DNA of 54,285 nucleotides, counting the filler, from Sluysia triapertura (Eukaryota), in assembly GCA_046118255.1 (NCBI GenBank). It is 4 parts of 4 records of this genome, joined end to end, with 100 filler letters (N's around TTAATTAATTAA, not from the genome) between each part and the next. Parts side by side here need not be neighbours in the genome. Positions count along the whole stretch, not along the records: positions 12,183 to 29,932 come from JBJNIA010185390.1; positions 30,033 to 43,063 come from JBJNIA010064635.1; 2 more parts are not named here. One strand, written 5' to 3'. This document shows positions 26,880 through 40,330 of the stretch, in pieces. The notes beneath the pieces were generated by a model, which saw only the letters and a program-made list of their open reading frames with translations, was not told the origin of the DNA and searched no databases. Each line of letters begins with the position of its first letter. The stretch's first letter is position 1. The translations under genes and the position numbers were made by a program.

Positions 26880-27560
26880 AAAATTATTTATTCATGACGG
26901 TGTAAAACAAAACTTTAATTATGCAGTAGATACAAATTATATAAATTAAAATAATTTAAATATAATTTTCATCTTTTTTTTTATACACTGGAATAAAAAA
27001 TTTGAAAATAAACATCCAAAAATAAAAATATTCAATAAAATTTCATATGCACGATTGTTTAAATCTTTATGAAATCATCATACAGCATAATTTAAAAGTA
27101 AATGTTTACTGTTCTGGTAGGAAAAGTGGAAATAAGATAAGTGAACAAAATAGATTATAAACTTCAAAAACCATCTCCTTTATAAAATGTAAATATAAAT
27201 TGTTATAGGATCATATACCAATTTTTAATAAAAAATAATATATTCCATAAATATTATATTCAACCACATTGATATTTATTAAAATTTTGAAACTGTCAAC
27301 AAATTACCGGACTTAAATTTGATTAAGTGTGTTTGGAAGATATTACAAAAGAGTTACGATAAAAGTCATTGTAATTCACACTTATTTAAGTGCACATGTT
27401 AATTAAGCTCTTGCTAAATATTCGTGAAATAATTACCTAAATTTAATTTAAAACCAAAAATAAAAACTTGTTAAAAAGTAACATTGTCCAATAAAAGTAA
27501 AAATACTTTTTCATAATGCAATAATTTTGATCATGTAAAATTTGAGTATTTAAAATAAAT
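26880..27560 (+). mobile_element. Very decayed Tc1-like relic
   Basis: ccggacttaaatttgattaagtgtgtttgg = PDLNLIKCVW ~ SPDLNPIE.VW. The motif tgcaataattttgatca resembles a Tc1 terminal sequence. Boundaries are uncertain. Confidence 0.35.
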
Positions 27561-28066
27561 TTAAATATTAAATGTCAATTGAAAAAAAAATAAAACTTAT
27601 ACAAAATCTATATATTTTTTAAATAGATAATTCAATGTATAATAATAATAATTTTAAAAATTGTTCATTGAACTCAAACAATTTTTATATTAAAACAAAA
27701 TTGAATTTAATATTATACTATGATTTATATAGTAATTCAACAAATTTAAAATTTAAACTTCTCTTAAACTTAGTAATAATAGATTCGCTTTTCTTTTAAG
27801 TTTATTGCTCCAATTACTGATTAAAGTTTTGTTCAAATTATAATAAGATGATAGACACCGCCTCATATTTATTTCAATCTGAGATATTCCGTACTTGGCT
27901 TGATTGAGAATTAAGTTTAATTTGTTGTAGTTCTTACTTACATTATTATTTATAATTACTGGACGCAAAGTTTTGCAGTTACATTAATGGAAATACATTA
28001 ACCCTAAGAAATAATTAACTTCAGGTACATATAATGAAAGTACATATAAAAATTAGTAAAAATTTC

Positions 28067-28867
28067 GGTTCAAGCTTTTTTGACTGCCCCAAAACAAAAA
28101 AACTTATTAAAAAATATATATTTAAATTTTAATACAAAAAGTAATCTTTATCTCTCTAATTAAAACCTAAATAGAACATTTTAAACCTATCAATAATATT
28201 GAATTATTAATAAAATTAAACCCAATAAATTATAATGATTTAGAAGAAATGCTAATTAAAATGAACGATGAAGTATTAATTAAATATTTAAGGGAAGAAC
28301 CATTAATTTCAAGAGAATTCAAATGTGAAAAATGTAAATGTTATGCAAAAGAAGAAAAATGTAGGTCTTTTAATGTAGGGATGCTATAATAAAAATTACA
28401 TCCTTTATAAAAAGAGAATTAATTTAACAAAAAACAATTTTTTTAACCATTTGATTTCAAAATAATTAAAATTTTAAAAGTATATAATGCATTTGTCGTG
28501 GATCAACCTCAACATTCAATTGTAAAGAAGAATTCGTTGAAAGTTTTAACAATGAATTAAAACTTGAAATTAAAAGAAGAAAAAGTATTAAAACCGTAAA
28601 CAGAAAGGATTTTTTATTAGAATTTTTATGAAAATTTAACAATAAGAATGATAGGTTAGCTAAATTATGTTATCTCGTTAAAATTTAATTTGGTAATTTT
28701 ATATTTTACATTGTATTATATTATATATTGTATATTGTATATTTCATATTGTGTATTGTATATTTTATATATTTTATATTGTATTATATTAATATATAAT
28801 TATTTTTTTTAATTTAATAACGTATTATTTATTTAATTAAACGTGGGCAGTTAAAAAAGCTTGATAC
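28067..28867 (+). mobile_element. Non-autonomous TIR DNA transposon, probably Merlin/ISXO2-like
   Basis: ~20-bp TIRs TCAAGCTTTTTTGACTGCCC / GGGCAGTTAAAAAAGCTTGA. Internal relic LIKYLREEPLISREFKCEKC...RINLTKNNFF...KILKVY...QPQHSI resembles ISXO2-like transposase N-termini. Internal (TATATTG)n minisatellite; no DDE core. Confidence 0.6.
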
Positions 28868-29335
28868 TACAGAATTCGTAATTGATGAATATCAACAATA
28901 CTAGATTTAATCCAAACATTTATTAATATCTTTGAAAACAAAACTACCGCAACTCAGTTGATTTGTTACATTATCTAACTTTTTCGCAATGTTATATTAA
29001 CTAATAATTCTCCGTTTTCTTCTTAAACCACAAAACTACTGCACAATACTTTGATTTCCTTTATCTCATCATTTATTTGATTACTGACTTCATTATTAAC
29101 TTCGTTATCATCAGGATCGCGATTTAAGCAGATAGTACTGCAACTTAAATCGAAAGCACTTTACAATACTATAAGCAACTAAATAATATTTCACAATTCG
29201 TTTTTAACAATGAAAACTTAAATTTATATGATTTTTGTCTTATCGATCTAAAGTATTAAATTTAAAAAGCGATACACTTATATTTTTCCAATTTGATTCT
29301 ATTCGATCTTTACTTTTTTTTAGTTATATAATCCT

Positions 29336-29618
29336 TTAAATATTCATGTCTTTTTTACCAAATACAATTTGGTTTGATAGCATCCCCGGTAAAATCCCAG
29401 TTACATTTTTTAATCTCAATATTGATTTTATTTTAACACAAGATCTTATTTTTCGATTAACTTTATAACAGCAATTAATAATACAAGGTCCAATATTAGC
29501 TACCTAATTAGATTTAGATGTACATTTTTTGAGACACGATTAGTTACTTTGTATAAAACTTCCACGATATTTATTTGTAATCGTCGATCTTCATTTAAAT
29601 CTTCAATTTTTTGATCAC
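29336..29618 (-). pseudogene. Two-exon gene fragment (29618-29548, 29503-29336) with weak similarity to the calcineurin A regulatory region
   Basis: A 44-nt GT-AG intron joins the frames: INIVEVLYK|VANIG...VNRKIRSCVKIKSILRLKNVTGILPGML ~ KVTEMLVNVLNIC...IRNKIRAIGKM...SVLTLKGLTPTGMLPSGVL. Confidence 0.3.
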
Positions 29619-29708
29619 CTACACATTCAGTTGGATTTAACAATTATTAATTATTACATTATTACACAATTTTAATAAAAGTTTATTATCATTATTATTT
29701 AATAAAAG

Positions 29709-29762
<54 letters not shown>

Positions 29763-29786
29763 TTCTCCACTTGATTTTGCTTAAAT

Positions 29787-29932
29787 CAGGGGTCTTCAAC
29801 CTTTTATACTTCTAGGAACCCTTCGAGCCCATGGGTTTCGTGAAGGAACCTCATATTTCTCCTCCTGAACCTCATAAAGAAAATAATTTGTCAGAGTTTT
29901 TTCTACTCAAATATTTATTCAATTTTAATACA
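29787..29932. mobile_element. hAT (Charlie-like) transposon terminus, truncated by the gap
   Basis: CAGGGGTCTTCAACCTTTT is a typical Charlie-type TIR, with subterminal gaacc repeats. Confidence 0.5.
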
Positions 29933-30032
29933 NNNNNNNNNNNNNNNNNNNNNNNNNNNNNNNNNNNNNNNNNNNNTTAATTAATTAANNNNNNNNNNNN
30001 NNNNNNNNNNNNNNNNNNNNNNNNNNNNNNNN
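29933..30032. other. Artificial contig spacer
   Basis: 44 N + TTAATTAATTAA + 44 N. Confidence 0.97.
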
Positions 30033-30102
<70 letters not shown>

Positions 30103-31168
30103 ATTAGTGCTAGTAGTTGTAGTAGTAAATTGTATATATAATAGTAAACTATTTTTATTTATATAATAATAAGATAATTATAATTTTTTATTCAACGTTA
30201 TATATTATAAATTCTTGAAAAATGAGAACAAAAAGTTTTTTAAACTGGTAATTTTGTCTTATAAATTTTAAATATCTCTGAATAAATGCTTCTATTAAGC
30301 TAAGTTTAAACAGGAGAATTTATAAGCATTTATAAGAATTCATAATCTTTTAATAAGAAACTAAGTTTATTTTTTTTACTTTCATGTAATATTTCAAACA
30401 AAAACTATAACTTTAGGTATTTGCATTTGTACTACTTTATATAGTAAAGTCTTATGAAATAGCCAAGAGTTTATTGACATGATCATCTAATTATCTTTTA
30501 ATTTTAAATATAATTTTTTGAAAATCCATATCTTTTTCTACGTTGCATTTATCCATTTCGAATATATTGTCATTTAATAACAGCTTCACTTTCCTCTATA
30601 TTATTAACAAAATTTCACAATTAAATCGCAAAAAATATTATTTGCGAAAAATTTTTTAAATTCTTTAAAATCTACTTTTTATTCATAACCATTTAAACAC
30701 AGACCTAACTCTGACAGAATAAAGTAATTTAAAATTAATTAAATTAATAATAAAATAGTTAATTTTAATAATTTAGAGTTATAATTTTAGTTTAGGTTGG
30801 TTTTAGATGATATGAAGAAAGTTGTTGAAAGGTGTGAAAGTGTGAAGATAATTGTTGGTGTTGTGAGGATTTAATGAGTGGTTGGCTATATATTGTTAGT
30901 GGTATAAAAAAATTTTAAGCATCTTTTTAACTTGTACGGTTTTGGGTCTTGACTCACCATATCTAATATTGTGTTTTCACATTTGTAAATATGAAAATTA
31001 TAAATCAGAAAAAGCATAATTATCTGAGAAATAATTTGAAACCATTTAATATTACCTTAATTTAAATTTAAATATTATAAATTCAAACTAAGTTTCAATC
31101 ATGTTACATACAATATACATTTTAAAAATGGATTTAATAATTTTAGTATTTAAAATCAAAACACAAAC

Positions 31169-31414
31169 CACATGAAATTGAGATACTTTCTTGAAGAAGC
31201 AAATTCTGTGCTTCCAGTAACTAGCACCACTTTCAATACAGTATTTACCCGATAATATACGATTTAATAATGTGTTTGCAGGAGTTCCACTGTCACCACC
31301 TTCGGTCAAAATTGAATTGTCATCGTTGGAATTTGATGGTTGAGTTGTTTCTGATGTCGATTGAGATTCTGTTCCAATATTAGACTTGGTTTCTTTACTT
31401 TCCGGCTCTTTAGC
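31169..31414 (-). CDS. ERLEC1: Exon of an ERLEC1/XTP3-B (OS-9 family) ER lectin, start of an MRH/PRKCSH domain
   Basis: 246-nt phase 0-0 exon between tag| and |gtttgt. LLNRILSGKYCIESGASYWKHRICFFKKVSQFH ~ [33 protein letters not shown]. No neighbouring exons were found. Confidence 0.7.
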
Positions 31415-31959
31415 CTATTGGTTTAAATATTTTAGTGATACTACTTATTTGTAAGATTTTTAAAATGATTTTCAAAATATAAATTATAATTGTAATTACT
31501 GCAAAATTATAAAGTAGAATATTTAAAATTTAATTTTGGAAAATTTAAAAACCATGTTTTAAATAAAATTTTAAATAAAATAAATCAGAAACTAAAACTA
31601 AATGTCAAAAAACTAGTAAATTATCCGAAAAAATAGGAACTCAAAAAACATATATCTGAATTTGCCACATTTAATTAAATATTACGCATCAGACGAAGAG
31701 AGTCTGAAAAGCAAAAAACCTATGATTTTATTTAAAAAATAAAACTGATAAGCACAAACCACATATAACTACAAAACAAAAACTTGTACATATATAAATG
31801 AATTGTAATAGGACAAGCGAAAAATGAAATATTAGAAGTAATTGACCATATTATCACAATAACAAATAGTAAATCAGTTAGGAAAAGAAAGCATGGAATC
31901 TGAAGGGAGAGATTAGCTTTAAAATAGTTATAGAATAAAATTGAACTTCAACAGATTAT

Positions 31960-32955
31960 TTGACATTGGTTTAATATTTTACCGTTCTCACCTGTTTAAA
32001 AAAATCATTCGAAGCTCTAAAAAAATATTAAGAAAGTTTATAAAAATTGATTTTCAAAATGGTACGATCGGAAATTCACACTATTATGAAGTATAAGTTC
32101 TTCCGTGAAACTACATCGCAGATCCGGAGAAAGATTAATAGTATATTTGGCCCTAGTGTATCAAATTGGTTCGACAAATTTAACCTCTCAAGTGATCCAC
32201 GCGGTCAATGGTCAATAATAACGAAATAAAGGTCAATGTTGAGTCTGAGCGTGCATATGAATTATCATTGAAATGTGGATTTCGCAAACAAATAACATTA
32301 ACTCATTTAGGTCAAATCGATAAAATGAAAAAGTAGAATATGTAGATATTAATTAAATGAAAAACAAAAACTTGCTTGATGTTATTTTCTCGTCACGAAT
32401 CTTGTCCATTTTTGAATCGATTGTCACTTGTGATGATAAATGGATCCAATATGGCAATCTCAAACATTTAGCACACACATTTCAAACACATTTCAAAACG
32501 CAATATTCATAAAAAGGAACTGATGGAGATTGTTTGTTGGTCTTGCACAAGTGTGATCCATTATGATTTCATGAAAAATGACTCATCGATCATAACAGAT
32601 ATATAATGCAACCAAGTGGACGAAATAAAGTAAAAATTTTAAAAAGAGGCTACATTGGTGCACAAATCGACTCCTATATAACTGCATGATAACACTAAAC
32701 CGACTGTGACAAAATTACATTAATTGGAGTTGGAACTTCTTCATCACCATCCATACTCATCAGACCTAGCCTCTACTGTTTACCAGTTCTTTCACAAATT
32801 GGACAACTTTTTAATAGGAAAACAATTTAATTCCGACAATTCTGTAAAACTGACTTTCCAAAAATTCATTGACAAAAATGCAGACTATGTAGATGCACAC
32901 TTTGATGAATAAAACAATTTCTTATATTTGTAAGTTATCAACCAACTAAAAAACA
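31960..32955 (+). mobile_element. Degenerate mariner (DD34D) transposon
   Basis: HTH relic EIHTIMKYKF...INSIFG...NWFDKF; VTCDDKWIQYGN; LHDN; ELLHHHPYSSDLASTVYQFFHKLDNFLIGKQF ~ HPPYSPDLAPSDYHLF. Many stops and frameshifts. Confidence 0.85.
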
Positions 32956-33576
32956 TTTTTTCTATAAAATTCAATCTTAATGTTCTCTACATGTCAGAAA
33001 GTAAACAAAAAATTCAGAAAAAATGATCATTCGAGTGATAATATAATTCATCAATTAATTATAAATGTGTAAGCTTTAAATAATGAATATCCTGAAAAAC
33101 ATAAATAAACCTAAAAAAATTGAGATAAATCAACAAAATATTGCATTCATAGAAAACAAAATTCATTATAAAGTCCTGTTGAAATAACAAAAATCAGAAA
33201 CAAGCTTTGTCATATTTAAGATTAACTAAATGAAATATTTTAAGTAATTATTTTCGTTATCGCAATAAAATATAATTCACACAAAAATTATTACTTTTGA
33301 TTCTAGAGGATCGTTTTTGTCTATTTGAATTATTCGATAATAAATTATTCCATTCTTCCTATAAGCTTCAACCTGAAAATATTTACATTTAATATAAATA
33401 ATTTTTAAAACTAAATGTTTAATAGTCAACATACAAACGAAATAAAGAACGATAATAAAATATGCATTTTTAAACCTTCAATTCTATATCCCTCTGAAAG
33501 TAAAAAATTTATTGGAATAAATTATAAATATTTAATAAGATAAATTTATTGTTTTTTAACGTATAATAATACGTAC

Positions 33577-33633
<57 letters not shown>

Positions 33634-33743
33634 GTTGAAAAACAAAATATTACTGACAAACTTACAAATGAAATAAAATAAATGTTACACATACAAAATG
33701 AAATAAATGAATGTAGTTAACTAAATGTGAAATGATAATGTAA

Positions 33744-33804
<61 letters not shown>

Positions 33805-34190
33805 ATTAATAATAATAGTCAATCAAAACGTTTTATCATTTTTATTTATCTCACTTTCTCTCACAATAACTCAATTTTCCGATTTATTTTATTCGCTATA
33901 TTTAATTGTACCTATCGATCAATTCACTCCGTGAATAAAGATATATCAATTATTGATCAATATTTTCTATTAAAACCATCAATTTAACGTGATAAAATAT
34001 GCGGAAATTTAAACTGATCTCTGACGCAATTACGATATTTTATACATTGTCTCGTCTTCGATGATTCGAAATTAATTAATCAATTGTTAACAAAGTCTAA
34101 TTATTGTATTAATTAATAATTTTTTCATTAATTATATAAAATATCAAATATGAATTAAAAAATATGTACTATTTACTATAATAAGCAACA

Positions 34191-34268
<78 letters not shown>

Positions 34269-34602
34269 CTAATTGCGTGCAAAATATAAAAAGCTATAAA
34301 AGTGAATAAATAACTATAAATACAATCTTACTTGCTTTTTAAAATAAGTGAACTGAAAATATCGATAAAATGCAATAAAAATTAAGTCAATAAAACACAA
34401 AAATTAACACGTGTAGGTCAAAATAAAATAACGGTAAAGTAAAAAGACTTGTTATTTTAAAAATTTAAACTGGACTGAAATGCGATACTGAAAAACAATG
34501 TGACATTGTTTTATTTTCTGATTAAACATCAAATCTTTTAAAAATTTATTTATAAATTTAAATAAGTGACAATAGTATTATTATTTTTATTACTAATAGT
34601 AA

Positions 34603-34651
<49 letters not shown>

Positions 34652-35808
34652 TTATTTAAGAATTGTAATTTATTTTTATATTTTGAATATAAAATATAGA
34701 TTCGTTTGGTTTAATTTTGATTGAATCATAGGTTTTTTTTTAATTCAGTATAACAAGATTCATAAAGAAGTAAACAAGTGTAAAGTATTTTTTAAAATAG
34801 AAATTAAATTATCATGTTAAAATGAGGAATGAAAATGGTACCAGTATGTTTGAATAATTCTATATTATATTAATTAATTAAAAATTTATTTACCCAGAAC
34901 GTAATTCAAATGATAAATTGCCTATTGCCTATTGCCTAAAATTATTATCGTACATTAATACACATGTATCAACAGCATAAACAACAACAGCTTATGCGCG
35001 GTTCCTAACAGCGCCAAATCTGATACTTGTCATTAATATTTTTGCACCAAAGTATTATTTGTGTTTGGTCCAATTTGAAATAACTGCGCATTGCACTATT
35101 AAACTTTGTATATTGATTAAACAACACAATTGAATGATAAATTAGCTAAATTATTCTGTCTAATTTAACTAATTTATCCAATGAAATAAGTTCTTGTAGT
35201 ACTTTATTTTAATCTAGACATGAAGCTCTTTTGAAGTGCGATCGTTTCAAGTGAATTCAGATTCGATTTCATCCATAAGTCTGCATTCACCAATGACTCA
35301 TACATTCCAAACACATACATTCATTATTATATTCGTGCATATTCATACAGCTATATCTCAACAATCAGTGCTACTTCAAACTAACTTAATCTTGTACGAA
35401 ATTACAACATTTACTCTAATTTCTCTTCTCGCAATTCATAATCGTTCCTTTTACATTGAATTTTATATAACTTTTTGTTTCTACATGAAAGATATAAAAA
35501 TAAAAGACAATACAAGGAACATATAATAACTATATTGTTAATCATTTATTTAAGTTCAGAAATAGTATTTATATTAAACATTAGAATATGTTTTGCAAAA
35601 CAAACCATGTAGAAAATAAAACATATACCGCATAGGTTAAATAAAGTATCGATTGAGTCATTTTTTTTCTACGTTAAACTAAAGATTTATGAAACGTTTA
35701 AATTAGTGCAGAATATTATTTTACTTATAGTGTTACGGTTTATGTTTCATTTATGCTATTTTTACTATTTTATACAAGATTGTTTGTATTTCGACAAGTA
35801 ATAGCATC

Positions 35809-35871
<63 letters not shown>

Positions 35872-35964
35872 CTTCTTTGTTTTAATATTAATTTAATTTT
35901 CATAATGTTTCGTCTTCAATAATCTAATATCTATTTGCTGTAACACACGTTACGAGATTGGATT

Positions 35965-36420
35965 TTGAATATGAACAATCTTCTCTATTATTTGAACAAG
36001 AACTTCCAGTCTTTAAATGGAAATAAAAATAAAGATATTTTTACTACAATGCAATATCAACAAGATGATATTCATAATTTCCTTTCGTATATTATAAAAA
36101 AATTAAAACAGGAAATGAATCATTACGATTATTCTAACAAGGCAAAAATTATTCGTTTCGTGATGGTGAATTAATTCGTGAGCAATGCGATATGTAAATA
36201 TCATGTAATGTAATATATGCTTCTTTTAGGTATAGAATTTAAAAGATCTGATATCTCATTTGAATATAAATGTGACACCACATTCAAAATTTGAAATGCA
36301 CCCTCGAATAATTATGGCACTACCTACTGAAATGAATGGGAACGTTTTCCTCAAACTATTTGAAATTGTTAAACCAAACAATAAGAATTTAATTTTGATT
36401 ATTATTAACTTAGTATATGA
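35965..36420 (+). pseudogene. Ubiquitin-specific protease (USP/C19)-like fragment
   Basis: QYQQDDIHNFLSYIIKKLKQEM ~ Gln box QQDAHEFL..LL..L..E, with weak YKC and KF...P.I matches downstream. No Cys or His box was found. Confidence 0.45.
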
Positions 36421-38065
36421 AATTAAAAAGCAAATTCAAAAACACTCCTTAGAAAAACAGAAAGTTGCTCAAATATGTCAATGTCTTATCAAACCACTAA
36501 ATGGAAAATAATTTAAATTAATACAAGTACAAAATATTAATTTATAAGTTTTTATTCATCTCAATCGATTTTATACAGGTTTTATGAGAAATGGTATTTA
36601 AATTTAAATTTCTCATTTAAATTTGCACCATTTAAATATAATCATTCATGCCATCGATGATAATCAAATCAAACACCTTAAGAATCATAATAATGTTTTA
36701 TTTATATGACTTCTACTAAAATCGCATTAATTTGTTATTATTCGAACATGATTTTTGAATAGTAAAAGTAATTTATGGACAACTAAAACTATTTTATTTT
36801 CCTTACTACGAAATTCGAGATATTAATACTATAATTATTAGTATATTTTGCATGCATAACAAATACTACAAGTAATTACATAACTATCGTATATTTACAA
36901 AACTAATTCACTGAACCTAATTGAATATGTTCTAATAATTTATTATAGTGTGAAGTATAAACATCATAAAGTAAAGTATAAACATCATAAAGTAAACATC
37001 ATTCAATCTTAGTTATTCAATAAACATTAGTCATTTAAATCAAACATTAATAGTCAAATATTTTCAGTAAATAAATATTAATTTATTTATAATTCAAATA
37101 TTTAAATATTTAATTTAAGTCTAAAAATTCTAAAATGTTAAACATTAATAATCGGAAAATTATAATTTTAAAGAAGTTTTTGGAAAATTTAATATTGCCG
37201 TCATCGTCTTCCAGGTTGGTATTTTATTATTAATTCAATTAATATTATTATTACTAAAATCGTTAATAGTATTAAAATTAATATAAATATTAAAATAAAA
37301 TTATAAATATTAGATTTAAAAATTAAATTATTTCTTATTTTTCTTTGTTTTAATTTTATTTCCAAGGACATTTCAAATAGGTATAAATAGAGCTTACATT
37401 AGCTTACACTTCACAATAATTTCGACTTTCTAAATTTGTTAAGTTTACAATATTTTCAATTTGGCAAGTTTGCAATATTATTCTAAGTTCACCAAGTTCA
37501 ATTCTTCGATCCGTCATCACGTTCAATTCTTCAACTTTTCATTAAAACTGTGGAAACAATTTTGCAATTCTCCGAATTTTCTATTGTCGTTAGTTTTTAG
37601 TCATAAGTTTGACGCAATTTTTAAGATTGCCTTTGTAAATTCAAACTTAAAATATATTTTAATTAATTAGCTATCCTTTATAGATAGCAGAGAAAAATCA
37701 AATTATAAACTCATATTGAGATTATTAACAGAATAATCTTTTGTAAAATATACTTTTTATTTTTTCATATTATTTGTATTGCATTTTATATTAATAAAAT
37801 TTTTCTGTTTAAATATTTGTGTAAAATTTAAATATCTATTGATCAGGTTCCTTTGAGAATCTAAGCAAAATATTTAACAGGTTCATTTATACTGAACCTT
37901 AGTAAATTATCCAATTATTTGAAAGGTTTGTATACTCAAACCTAAGAAAAATCATTTTTATTATTTTTAAACTATTAAAATCATTAAAATTACTAAAATC
38001 ATAATTAGCTCCTCGAATTTATTAAACTATTAAATTATTAAATTATTAACCTACATTTTTAATCT

Positions 38066-38139
38066 AAAAAATCCAACGGCTGGCCATTAGGTTTATAAGC
38101 CCAATACGTTGGTGGACTCATATAAGTTTTATTCTCACA
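38066..38139 (+). repeat. 3' part of a solo LTR related to the LTR at 52011+
   Basis: aaaaatccaacggctg...tacgttggtggactc...ttctcaca matches the reverse complement of 52011-52095. Confidence 0.7.
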
Positions 38140-39046
38140 TCCACCCAAATCTTGCAAAAATAATGCTGGAGTTCAAGAAATTTTTATGCAATGACAAGTT
38201 AGATCATGAAGAATAATAATGACGTTCTAGAAATGAATGTTATTCTACTATTCAATTAATAAAAATACTTCGACCAGTCTGACATGCTTGATTTTAAAAC
38301 TACTGAAGGACTGAATCAAGTCTCAGAATATAAATATTTGCACACTAGACAATTAGATGATAAAAAAGTAAAATGTTCATTTGATTTTTCTTACTAAAAA
38401 ACTTTGTAAAAAAATTTCAATATAAAATTTTTGTAAATAGATTTTAATAAACTTTATTTATTGTAAAAGAAAATCATTGATCATAACAAGACAAACGAGT
38501 GATAATATCCGTTCATAATAATAGTTATAATTCTAAATGCAACTTATTATTATGTAGTGAACCTGATTCACCAGAGTTATTTCTTTTACGTTTGAAAATT
38601 TTTTGATTATGAAGTGTCTCCTAAGCCCATACCCGCAAATTTAAATGAATGAATAGAAATCGAAAAATGTAGTATCATATGTAATTTAACTTTAACACTA
38701 CAAACTAAGAAATGTATCTTATTAGATATTATAGCTTATACTAGATTAAACCATTTGAGATCAACACATTTAAAGCATTAACATTTCCACACCACAAAAT
38801 TTTATTGTAGAATACGTGGAACATATTTCGTCTGCAATATGCATTATTTAGCATCATTATTAACTTTATTATTATTATCATCATTATTATTATTAACTTG
38901 AAATTACGTTTCATTACTTTACATCAAACGAATGAAGATGTACAAAGATGTATAAATACACAAATACAAACACAAAAAACTTCTAAAATTAACAAATCTT
39001 AAATAACATGAAAGACATTTTATTTATTTTAGTAATAGTAATAGTA

Positions 39047-39105
<59 letters not shown>

Positions 39106-40039
39106 CAAAGATTTAACATATCGAAATTTAAATACAAAGAGACAGTGATATCTGTTCACAGATCAATAAAACAATGATAATAATAGTAATTATTATAGAA
39201 TTATAATAAAAATAAATTAACTAACTACTAAATTCGTGTATCTTAAATAGAATAAGAATTTTTTTATAGAAAAACTATCGAAAGCAAAATATACAAAATC
39301 ATAAGTTAAAGTGCATTTTAATTATTTTAAATATAATGCAACATTTATCTGGAACGTATTCAGTTTATTAAAAATAAAACTGTTATGTGATGTTTACACA
39401 ATCCATAAATAAAACAAAGAAATGAATATTAAACTTAACGAATTCAAAAAAATAACCTAAAAAACAGAAAACAAAAACAAGATAATGTGTGCAGTGAACT
39501 ATGTAAACCTTAAAAAAGAAAATCAGCAATAGTTTGAAAATGAACCGAAAACAATAACTATATACTTATTATAATAAACAAGTGGTTGAATAATAATAAA
39601 CATTTATATCACTAAATTGAATTTATGAAACAAGTAAAAAATATCAAAAAATTAAATAATAAATCCAACAATTAAAATCATCCTAAATCAGCATTGTATG
39701 TATATGTATAAGCATACAAATTATAATTATAAATTATTGACTAGTTTCATAATAGGTAACACATTTTATAAAATTTCAACATGAATTATTTTTATATGCA
39801 TTATTTCATTTTTACTTAACTTCACCAAAACAAAAATAGAATAAGTTGATTTTGGAAGAGTCGTAAATTAAAAAACCTAAGAAAATGATACACAATAAGA
39901 CACTAAAATTAAGTACTGAATCGTTGAATTGAATAAACCATGAATGGAGTAGGCTGACCCATCTTGAAATTGTGGACAATTATTAATTAAATTGATTTTG
40001 AATTAAAGAGGATATAATAAAATGCAGAAAATAAAGTCG

Positions 40040-40330
40040 CAAAATTTCCTCCACGCTATTTCTATACCTCATATACACAGTTGCTCTTTTCCGCTCAAAA
40101 CATAACAAAAGTAATTTATCGTGCAGCCTAGATCTGACTCCGAATGGCTACTGAATGTTTCGGTATTTCAAGAATCATAAAGTATAGCAACTATACTGTA
40201 AAAGTTCTGATCCAATTTTCCTCAAAACGTAATTTCTAAATTTCTAATTCGAAGAAAAATTGACTTGATAATTTCGGATAGTTATATGAAAAATAATATG
40301 CATGCAAGAGGCAAAATGTGTTCAGGTACC
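40040..40330 (+). mobile_element. mariner-type transposase C-terminal relic
   Basis: CSLDLTPNGY*MFRYFKN ~ YSPDLAPSDY.LF..LK. Confidence 0.35.
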
